64,000 bases of DNA from Candidatus Nomurabacteria bacterium (GTDB taxonomy: Bacteria; Patescibacteriota; Minisyncoccia; Phycocordibacterales; UBA5272), in assembly GCA_028286645.1 (NCBI GenBank), contig JAQBRF010000004.1:408942-472941 (forward strand), read 5' to 3'. The position numbers were made by a program, and so were the translations under genes. The stretch's first letter is position 1. Each line of letters begins with the position of its first letter. Under the pieces are notes generated by a model that saw only the letters and a program-made list of their open reading frames with translations, did no database searches and was not told the DNA's origin. This document shows positions 48,120 to 55,659 of the stretch, piece after piece.

Positions 48120-48671
48120 CTAATTACTGGATTTCATTCCATATAGATGTTTCTTCGCAGTACAGTTACATCCATGCGGAGCAATATGCTCAAGAACAAA
48201 CTCTTCTCCATAGTCATATACTATCTCCTCGCCTTCGGCTATGTTTTTAATAGCAGAAATTAATACTCGCCCCTTCTTTACATCGCTTTCTGCATTTGGA
48301 TTACACGAGTGATTGCAATATCGTGCTGTATTCCAGCGAGGCGTGCCATCTATCGTCTTGTTTTTATTTATTTCAAATAAATACTGGCTGGTTACGCGTT
48401 TGTCCGCTTCTTCTTTGGTAAGAATATTTCCAATGTATTCGACGATTAATTCTCCTTTCTTTATAGATTCCTCAGCAAATAAGCCTAGACCAGCAAGACC
48501 TCTCTTAACTTTTATTTTCTTAAAATGATGCGCTGGCAGGGATGCTGCACCCTTTTTGTTTGCTTTATTTAAACTTGAAACCTTCTTGGATACATTCTTT
48601 AATATCTTCGATTGTTTAGATTTTACTAATCTTTCAGTTATTTCATCGTTCTTTTTGGATTTTTTCGACAT
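48120..48671 (-). CDS. SET-domain protein-lysine methyltransferase
   Basis: GLGLFAEESIKKGELIVEYIGNIL... plus NHSCNPN and post-SET Cys (CNC). Lys-rich N-terminal tail. Confidence 0.75.
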   Translation of the reverse strand: MSKKSKKNDEITERLVKSKQSKILKNVSKKVSSLNKANKKGAASLPAHHFKKIKVKRGLAGLGLFAEESIKKGELIVEYIGNILTKEEADKRVTSQYLFEINKNKTIDGTPRWNTARYCNHSCNPNAESDVKKGRVLISAIKNIAEGEEIVYDYGEEFVLEHIAPHGCNCTAKKHLYGMKSSN

Positions 48672-48846
48672 AGAAGTACTATGATACTATATAAACATAC
48701 CAGGTACTAGGTTTTAGGGACTGGGTACTAGAAAAATTGGATTTCTGTCCAGAAGAAAAAACCCTAAAACTTTAAGCAAAAATCATAAAAAACCGTTTAA
48801 ACGAAATTTCAAATGAACAGATTTAGGTTTTAAAATTTAGGAATTT

Positions 48847-48891
48847 ATCTAAAATCTAACATCTAATGTCTAACGCCTACTATCTATCCCT
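48847..48891 (+). promoter_or_regulatory. tandem-heptad (TCTAAnn)x6 leader element abutting the valS start codon
   Basis: TCTAAAA TCTAACA TCTAATG TCTAACG CCTACTA TCTATCC CT-ATG. 35/36 identical to the element before pilT. Confidence 0.5.
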
Positions 48892-51039
48892 ATGAAGCAA
48901 TTACCCGAACAACTCACTAAGCCATATAACCCTCAATCTGTAGAAACGGAGCTTTATAAAACATGGGAAGAAAGCGGGTATTTCAACCCAGATAATTTGC
49001 CAGGAGAAAGGACTGAGAGCTTCACCATTGTGCTTCCCCCACCAAATGTAACAGGAACTCTGCATACGGGCAGCGCTATCATGCTTGCAATACAAGACTC
49101 TATAATAAGATTTAAAAGAATGAGAGGCTACAAAGCGCTTTGGATTCCTGGAACAGATCATGCGGCAATTGCTACTCAATCTAAAGTAGAAAAAGAAATT
49201 TATAAAAAAGAAGGAAAGAATAGACATGATTTAGGAAGAGAAGAAATGCTGAAGCGTATTAATGAATTCGCATTAGAGAGCCAGAACACCATTCTTTCTC
49301 AAATGCGGTCAATCGGAGCCTCGCTTGATTGGTCACGACTCGCGTTTACCCTCGATGAAAAGCGTAATCTTGCGGTACGAACAATGTTTAAGAAAATGTA
49401 TGATGACGGTCTTATATACAGAGGATCAAGAATCGTGAATTGGGATCCGAAGGGTCAAACAACTATAAGCGATGATGAAATTGTGTCTGAGGAAAGAAAG
49501 GCAATTCTTTATACATTTAAATACTCCAACGATTTTCCTATTGCAATCTCCACTACTCGCCCCGAAACTAAAGTGGGAGATACAGCGGTTGCGGTACACC
49601 CTGAAGATGAAAGATACAAAGATTTTATCGGCAATGAATATGATTTAGAATTTGCGGGATGTCCCATACATATAAAAGTTATCGCCGATACCGCGGTTGA
49701 GAAGGACTTCGGAACAGGAGCTCTTGGAGTTACGCCAGCGCACAGCATAACGGATTGGGAAATGGCCGATAGGCACTCGCTTCCTCGCCCTCAAGTAATA
49801 AACGAATACGCAAAGATGGTAGGACTTAAAAATGAAGAATTAAATGGCAAAAGAGTAACAGACGCGCGAGAATATATCGTCAATTGGTTAAAAGAGAATA
49901 ATTTATTAACTAATGAAGAAGAAATTACTCAGAATGTCCCTACGGCCGAAAGAACGGGTGGAGTTATAGAGCCTCTTCCTAAATTACAGTGGTTTATAGC
50001 GGTTAATAAAAGTTTTAACCATTTTGGCAATGAAATCACCCTCAAAAAATTAATGGCAGCCGCTGTTTCAAGTAAAGCAATCAATATACTGCCTGATCGA
50101 TTCGAAAAAGTTTATTTCCATTGGACAGAGAACCTGCGAGATTGGTGCATCAGCAGACAAATATGGTACGGACATAGAATTCCTGTTTGGTATAAAGAAG
50201 GAAAAATATATTGTGATATAAATTCACCTAAAGAAGAGGGCTGGGAGCAAGATGAAGATACACTAGACACCTGGTTTTCTTCGGGACTTTGGACATTTTC
50301 TACATTAGGCTGGCCAGATCAAACCAAGGACCTAAAGACATATCACCCGACGGACCTTTTAGAGACGGGCCATGATATTCTTTTCTTCTGGATAGCGAGA
50401 ATGATACTTTTCTCAACATATGCACTAAATGAAGTACCCTTTAAGCAAGTGTATCTACATGGATTAGTGCGTGACGCCAAGGGAAGAAAGATGAGCAAGT
50501 CGTTAGATAATATTTTGGATCCAAGAGACTTGTCAGAAAAGTATGGGACAGACGCTCTGCGCATGTCATTATTAGTAGGGAATGGTCCAGGAAATGATCT
50601 TAAGCTAGGAGAGGATAAAATCAAAGCCTACAAACTGTTTGCCAATAAAATATGGAACGCGGCACGCTTTGTATTAGAGAGAACTCAAGATTTTGAAAAG
50701 GAAGTAAATTTAATAGAAGAAGATCAGTCTGTTTATGAAACTTGGAGAGAAATCCATAAGGACATTACATCGGATGTAGAAAATTATCGCCTGCACTTAG
50801 CCACCGAAAAAATATATGATTATTTTTGGAAAGTTTTCTGTGATGAAATTATTGAAACGAGAAAGACAAGAATACTTGATGATATTGATAAAGCGAGCGC
50901 TCAAACCCTTCTTCTTAAGCTTCTTCGAGAGCAATTGATAGTTGTCCACCCTTTTATGCCATTTATAACTGAAGAATTATGGAAGTACGTAAAGAAAGAT
51001 GGTGAAGGCCTGTTGATGATTACAAATTGGAACGGGTAG
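48892..51039 (+). CDS. valS: valyl-tRNA synthetase (short form)
   Basis: Class I HIGH-region PPPNVTGTLHTGSA (ValRS-type PxxNxTGxLHxGH) and KMSKS. 715 aa, shorter than the ~880 aa canonical enzyme. Confidence 0.8.
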   Translation: MKQLPEQLTKPYNPQSVETELYKTWEESGYFNPDNLPGERTESFTIVLPPPNVTGTLHTGSAIMLAIQDSIIRFKRMRGYKALWIPGTDHAAIATQSKVEKEIYKKEGKNRHDLGREEMLKRINEFALESQNTILSQMRSIGASLDWSRLAFTLDEKRNLAVRTMFKKMYDDGLIYRGSRIVNWDPKGQTTISDDEIVSEERKAILYTFKYSNDFPIAISTTRPETKVGDTAVAVHPEDERYKDFIGNEYDLEFAGCPIHIKVIADTAVEKDFGTGALGVTPAHSITDWEMADRHSLPRPQVINEYAKMVGLKNEELNGKRVTDAREYIVNWLKENNLLTNEEEITQNVPTAERTGGVIEPLPKLQWFIAVNKSFNHFGNEITLKKLMAAAVSSKAINILPDRFEKVYFHWTENLRDWCISRQIWYGHRIPVWYKEGKIYCDINSPKEEGWEQDEDTLDTWFSSGLWTFSTLGWPDQTKDLKTYHPTDLLETGHDILFFWIARMILFSTYALNEVPFKQVYLHGLVRDAKGRKMSKSLDNILDPRDLSEKYGTDALRMSLLVGNGPGNDLKLGEDKIKAYKLFANKIWNAARFVLERTQDFEKEVNLIEEDQSVYETWREIHKDITSDVENYRLHLATEKIYDYFWKVFCDEIIETRKTRILDDIDKASAQTLLLKLLREQLIVVHPFMPFITEELWKYVKKDGEGLLMITNWNG

Positions 51040-51239
51040 CACTGCTTAGCATCCACTAAGCATCAAATTTATCTTCGTCAAAATTTGCCAATTTGACGTG
51101 ATTCGGCAAAACTGATCGCACATTCGCACTGCTGTGCTCAGCACCTCCTCACCTTCGTTCGTCGGCCTGTGGATAGTTATAGGCAAAAGCCTATATATAA
51201 GGTGTATTATGTATCCATACACCTTAACCCAATTTTATT

Positions 51240-51794
51240 ATGCTTAAAGAAAAAAAATCATTCTTCGAACGTCTTGCCGGTTCGATCAATGTTGATGAAG
51301 AAGACGATCAATTAGATTATGATCGCGATGATGAAGATATGGAAGAAGTGCCTATTAAGCATGTAGGCAAAAAAGTACCCGAGTCGCCCGTTTCTCACAA
51401 TAAACTAAAAGCTCGCCACGCCACTCTCGATGAAGATATGGAAGAGGTTGACCCTGACATGGAAGAAGGAGAGCTTTCGGTTGATGTATACCAGACTTCA
51501 AACGAAATTATAATAGAGGCCATGGTTGCTGGAGTTAAGCCAGAAGACCTTCATCTTTCTATTACAAGAGATATGGTAACCATTAAAGGCCGCCGGGATG
51601 GAAATACTCAAGTCACCCACGATGATTACTTTTATAAGGAACTTTACTGGGGAAGCTTCACTCGTACGATTCTTCTTCCACATGAAGTAGAGATTGAGGA
51701 GGCAGAGGCTGTGGAAAAGCACGGGCTCCTTATCATTAGGCTTCCGAAAGTTGATAAGGCTAGACAAGCAAAGCTAAAAGTTAAATCAATTTAG
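51240..51794 (+). CDS. Hsp20/alpha-crystallin family small heat-shock protein
   Basis: Alpha-crystallin domain with ...HLSITRDMVTIKGRR... and C-terminal I-x-I-like motif. Acidic N-terminal extension. Confidence 0.8.
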   Translation: MLKEKKSFFERLAGSINVDEEDDQLDYDRDDEDMEEVPIKHVGKKVPESPVSHNKLKARHATLDEDMEEVDPDMEEGELSVDVYQTSNEIIIEAMVAGVKPEDLHLSITRDMVTIKGRRDGNTQVTHDDYFYKELYWGSFTRTILLPHEVEIEEAEAVEKHGLLIIRLPKVDKARQAKLKVKSI

Positions 51795-51802
51795 AATAAA
51801 AA

Positions 51803-51838
51803 AATAAAATCATCCGGCGGTCGCCGGATGATTTTATT
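51803..51838. terminator. bidirectional rho-independent terminator
   Basis: AAATCATCCGGCG-GT-CGCCGGATGATTT flanked by A- and T-runs. Confidence 0.6.
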
Positions 51839-52382
51839 TTAATATAAATACATACAGTTTTTTACATAGCCCATTATGTGATAAAGGCAAATCAATAACC
51901 TTATCCGGAGTAATGTCTCTCGGAATGAAATCACATGTAACTATTCTTGTGCCCGATCTACACTCTTCCTTAAATTTAAAAAACAGCCGGTTTACTATCT
52001 TTGGAAATAAATAAAGGTAAATATGTGTAGCATTTGAAATATCCGTTTTCAGAAAGTTTCCTAAGATAACTTTTGCTGATGTTTTTCTTAAGGATATCTT
52101 TGAAAGCGTAAATGGAAGAATGTTTTTCTCAATTCCTATAGCCTGTATCCCCTTAACTTCTTTTAAAGCTTCTTTCAACACTCTTCCATCTCCGCAACCT
52201 AAGTCATATAGTACGCTTCCTGGCTCTAACTCTAGAGATTCAACTATCTTTTTAAGGACTGATGAATTAACCGGAACGAAAGGTGCATCTTGAAACAATG
52301 AACTTATAAAGAAAACTATTAGAAACATGAAAATTAGAATAAGAAGAAGGTAAATAACAAGCAAAAAGGTTAGTAAAATCAT
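51834..52382 (-). CDS. small SAM-dependent methyltransferase
   Basis: N-terminal TM then motif I VLYDLGCGDGRVL. Confidence 0.55.
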   Translation of the reverse strand: MILLTFLLVIYLLLILIFMFLIVFFISSLFQDAPFVPVNSSVLKKIVESLELEPGSVLYDLGCGDGRVLKEALKEVKGIQAIGIEKNILPFTLSKISLRKTSAKVILGNFLKTDISNATHIYLYLFPKIVNRLFFKFKEECRSGTRIVTCDFIPRDITPDKVIDLPLSHNGLCKKLYVFILK

Positions 52383-52485
52383 TGGAGTAAATTATAACAT
52401 TTATGCTAGGTTACAAAATCGTATAGTAATTTGGGTCCAGGCGGGAATCTCCGACAAGTATTTGCTTGGGACTCCGCTTACCACT

Positions 52486-52660
52486 TGGTCACGAGTTACT
52501 AAATTGCGCTAACTGCACTTTGTGCAGATTGCTCATAAGTACTCTCGACCCGGCCTCCTGGTTTTAAAAAGTCAGGAAGAAAACTTTTTAAAACATCAGT
52601 GCGGCACACAAAACTAAAAATCTTTAGCAGAAAAGATTTTCTTTACGTTTTGTGCCCCCG
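52486..52660 (-). repeat. conserved tRNA-downstream structured element, copy 2
   Basis: Homolog of 34764..34931. Hairpin AACTGCAC-TTT-GTGCAGATT, identical 11-bp IR, terminator-like hairpin AAAATCTTT-AGCAGA-AAAGATTTT with the same loop. Confidence 0.55.
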
Positions 52661-52732
52661 GCGGGAATCGAACCTACAATAACTCCTTAGGACGGAGCAG
52701 TTATATCCATTTAACTACGGGGGCAATAAGAG
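52661..52732 (-). tRNA. tRNA-Arg (anticodon CCU), one mismatch in the T-stem
   Basis: Close match to argW-type tRNA: acceptor GCCCCCG/CGGGGGC, D-arm TAGTTAAATGGATATAACT, anticodon loop containing CCT, T-loop TTCGATT. Confidence 0.6.
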
Positions 52733-52881
52733 GATTCTAACACATTCGCGACGCTGCGCTCAGTACGCCCCACTCGCATTCGGTTGCACATTCGCAGTAC
52801 TCTGCTCAGTACCTCACACCTTCCTTAATTGGCAGATTTTGTGCATTTGGTACACACTCAATCTAAGTTATACTTAAATTC

Positions 52882-53223
52882 ATGTCTGATTTAAATAATC
52901 AAGAAAAACTAGAGGCAATCTATAAAATGACTTTGCAAAACCATGAAATATTGCAGGGCATGAGAAGCCGTGAGCGATTAGGGAATATCGTACGAATTGT
53001 TTACTGGCTGATTATATTGGGCGCGATTGGTGGTGTATATATCTATGTAAAGCCATTACTGCAGTCCGTATCAGATAATAAATCTAAAGTACAAGATACT
53101 TTGAACCAATTTGAGAAACTGCGCTCTCAATTTCCCGAAACAAAAGCCATACAGGAGTTTTTTAATCAGATGAAATCAAGCCAAAATACTGCAACGGATA
53201 CTTCTGCAACTAGCAATCAATAA
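52882..53223 (+). CDS. hypothetical membrane protein
   Basis: 113 aa, one central TM (IVRIVYWLIILGAIGGVYIYV). Confidence 0.4.
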   Translation: MSDLNNQEKLEAIYKMTLQNHEILQGMRSRERLGNIVRIVYWLIILGAIGGVYIYVKPLLQSVSDNKSKVQDTLNQFEKLRSQFPETKAIQEFFNQMKSSQNTATDTSATSNQ

Positions 53224-53278
53224 TCTTTTCTGGGGGCTTAATTTGTGTTAGTATAAGAAAACTGTTTCTTTGCTGGGA

Positions 53279-53297
53279 TAGCTCAGTTGGCAAGAAG
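53279..53297 (+). repeat. tRNA-Phe 5'-half fragment (19/19 identical to the start of the intact gene)
   Basis: GCTGGGATAGCTCAGTTGG then divergence. Followed by TTGACA and 12-bp palindrome TTTGCTAGCAAA. Confidence 0.4.
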
Positions 53298-53373
53298 AAT
53301 ATTTGACATTTGCTAGCAAATGCTGAACCAGAATAATAGTAGGAATACATCAAGTTTCTCAAATAAAATATAT

Positions 53374-53446
53374 GCTGGGATAGCTCAGTTGGTAGAGCAT
53401 TTGCCTGAAGAGCAAAGGGTCGGCAGTTCGAGCCTGCCTCCCAGCA
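53374..53446 (+). tRNA. tRNA-Phe (anticodon GAA)
   Basis: Canonical cloverleaf, anticodon loop CTGAAGA, T-arm GGCAG-TTCGAGC-CTGCC, 73 nt without CCA. Confidence 0.85.
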
Positions 53447-53490
53447 CAAAATGAAAAACGCCGAAAGGCGCTTTTTCATTTTGTGCTGGG
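53447..53490 (+). terminator. rho-independent terminator of tRNA-Phe
   Basis: AAAAACGCC-GAAA-GGCGCTTTTT. Confidence 0.65.
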
Positions 53491-53776
53491 AGAGAACATG
53501 ACCTGCGTCATGTTCGTGCAGGTTCGAAGGGCGGAGCGTTATGAGGCAAACACGCCGAATCGCGAGCGGCAGGTTACGAATCTTATGAGTGGCCGGCGAA
53601 TAAGAATTTGTAACCGAGCCTAATCTGCAACTGCTTTGCGTATGTGCAGGCTCGTCTCCTTTTTCGATAACCCAGCTAAAAATCTTTTAGGAGAATAGTT
53701 ACTTTTTTATTGACTGTTGACATCTTATGTATTCTATGGCAGGATTCATAATGATAGTTAACCGGAGGATTCAGAT

Positions 53777-54073
53777 ATGATGATTTTTCGCGCTCAAATG
53801 TCGGCACTCGGGATCCCTACTGATATTTCTCACGGGGAAATCGAAATCAAAATAAAGGGCTCACGAGACAAAGATGAGACCCACGCGCTCGTGTCGTTGA
53901 ACCACCAAATCAGACCTCCTATGGTTCTCGGGGGCACGTACTGTGATGTATTTCTGTACTGTGTGTCTGAGCACGAGGATGAATTCGATTCCGGGAACAT
54001 TTTCGGAATGGTAACGGCCGGCGAAGGAGAGGCGCTTGCCTACAACCCGATCGGAACGACATTCGGAGAGTAG
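53777..54073 (+). CDS. hypothetical protein (GC-rich islet downstream of tRNA-Phe)
   Basis: GGAGGA RBS. 98 aa. Terminator AACAGGCAG-TGTGGG-CTGCCTGTT+T-run at 54078-54108. Confidence 0.4.
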   Translation: MMIFRAQMSALGIPTDISHGEIEIKIKGSRDKDETHALVSLNHQIRPPMVLGGTYCDVFLYCVSEHEDEFDSGNIFGMVTAGEGEALAYNPIGTTFGE

Positions 54074-54114
54074 CAAAACAGGCAGTGTGGGCTGCCTGTT
54101 TTTTCTTTTCTTTT

Positions 54115-54390
54115 TTACTCCTTTACCCCGGCTAATTCCGCAAGCCTTGTGGGATCAAATCCAATCATGACATCATTTCCCACTTTTATAACCGGGACCC
54201 CCATTTGACCAGTAATTTCAACCATCTCCTTTCGTTTATCCATATCTTGTGCCACATTATAATCTACATAAGGAACCCCCTTTTCCGTAAGCCAATCTTT
54301 TGCCATATGGCAGAAATGGCATGTCGGAGTGCTGTAAATCTCTACTTTGGCATTGTTTGTATTTGTGTTTGTGTTTGTAGTTGTATCCAT
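54115..54390 (-). CDS. glutaredoxin-like (NrdH/Grx) protein
   Basis: CxxC active site (TPTCHFCH) in thioredoxin fold. N-terminal (TN)n tail from a GTTTGT hexamer repeat. Confidence 0.7.
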   Translation of the reverse strand: MDTTTNTNTNTNNAKVEIYSTPTCHFCHMAKDWLTEKGVPYVDYNVAQDMDKRKEMVEITGQMGVPVIKVGNDVMIGFDPTRLAELAGVKE

Positions 54391-54423
54391 AGGATTTTAG
54401 TATACGTAAATGAAATGTAAAAA

Positions 54424-54909
54424 TCAATTTTCTAAAAACTCTAATGTTTTGATGAGAGCTTTTGAATGATTAACGGGAAGATTATCTTTACGAAACCATT
54501 TCGCCTCTTTAACTTCTGCTAAACTTATTGTGAAATCTTTTGTATATACATCCGCATAAAAGCAATTAATTTCATCTTTCTTATATTCCACACTACTTGT
54601 ATAAGACCCTAAAAATCTCACATTTTTTAAATGAATTCCAAGTTCTTCGTAAACTTCTCGAATGACTGACCGTTCTGTATCTTCTGATTTCTTTACCCCT
54701 CCTCCAGGCAGAGTCCAATAGTCTCCAGAATATGCTGTTTTTATTAAAAGATATTCATCGTTATATCCAATGAGGCATTTTACTCCTACGGTAGAAGGGC
54801 GAAATATGAACCAATAAATTCTTTGCTGTATATGGAGAAACTTATAGAGACTTCCCATAATCACTTCTTTATCATATGATCTCTCCACCAAACCGCAAAT
54901 CGTTCCCAA
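54424..54909 (-). CDS. NUDIX hydrolase
   Basis: Nudix box GGGVKKSEDTERSVIREVYEELGI. Confidence 0.7.
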   Translation of the reverse strand: MGTICGLVERSYDKEVIMGSLYKFLHIQQRIYWFIFRPSTVGVKCLIGYNDEYLLIKTAYSGDYWTLPGGGVKKSEDTERSVIREVYEELGIHLKNVRFLGSYTSSVEYKKDEINCFYADVYTKDFTISLAEVKEAKWFRKDNLPVNHSKALIKTLEFLEN

Positions 54910-55253
54910 AGATTTAAATCTTCTCTTACATTGCTTACCGGACTTTTATCTTCATCGTATATAACTATTACTCCTTCATCCTGCTTTACCACCGGAAAAG
55001 TCGTGCGTATATAAGTTTCTAAGCCCCTAGGGGTGGCTATGGCGTCATTCTTAGTCTTAGCATCACTCACTTTTTTTTCCATTTGATCGCGCTCAGCTTG
55101 AGACTCGTTTCTTAGCTTATTCATCTCTATACGCTTATCATTTAATGCCATTATAGAGCGAAGAAGGAGTATGCACAGCAAAAATAATATAACCATTGTC
55201 ACCCTAGAATAGAGCATGGTGCGAATTACATGTTTTTGTTGATATTCCTTCAT
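54861..55253 (-). CDS. septum-formation-initiator-like (FtsB/DivIC-like) protein, tentative
   Basis: 130 aa with N-terminal TM and coiled-coil. Confidence 0.3.
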   Translation of the reverse strand: MKEYQQKHVIRTMLYSRVTMVILFLLCILLLRSIMALNDKRIEMNKLRNESQAERDQMEKKVSDAKTKNDAIATPRGLETYIRTTFPVVKQDEGVIVIYDEDKSPVSNVREDLNLWERFAVWWRDHMIKK

Positions 55254-55659
55254 TTGTTTGATACTATTCTAACATGATTTTTAACTCAAAAAACCGAAAG
55301 CTCGTGCATAAAATTTGGGCAGTAGTATCAATTATCGCGATTATTGGAATGGTGGGGTTCTCGCTCGTTGCTCTGATTCAGTAAAAATAAAAGCCAAGCG
55401 GTTTCCACCGCCTGGCTGTTTTAATCCGCACCCGCCCCCCACCAGCTTGTAGTGAAATATTTCCTTGGGGGAGGAGTCATATTTTTTAACTCTTTATCTC
55501 CTTCCCTTATTTGTACATTGCTGCTGACACCGGTGTCGGATCCAAAATCACTTGGATAGTCATATGCCAAACTCCTAAGTAGGGTTGATTCCCATTCATT
55601 CAACTACATATATGTTTTTAAGTCAATCTTAGTTTTAAAATTAGATGAGATGTTTTAAA

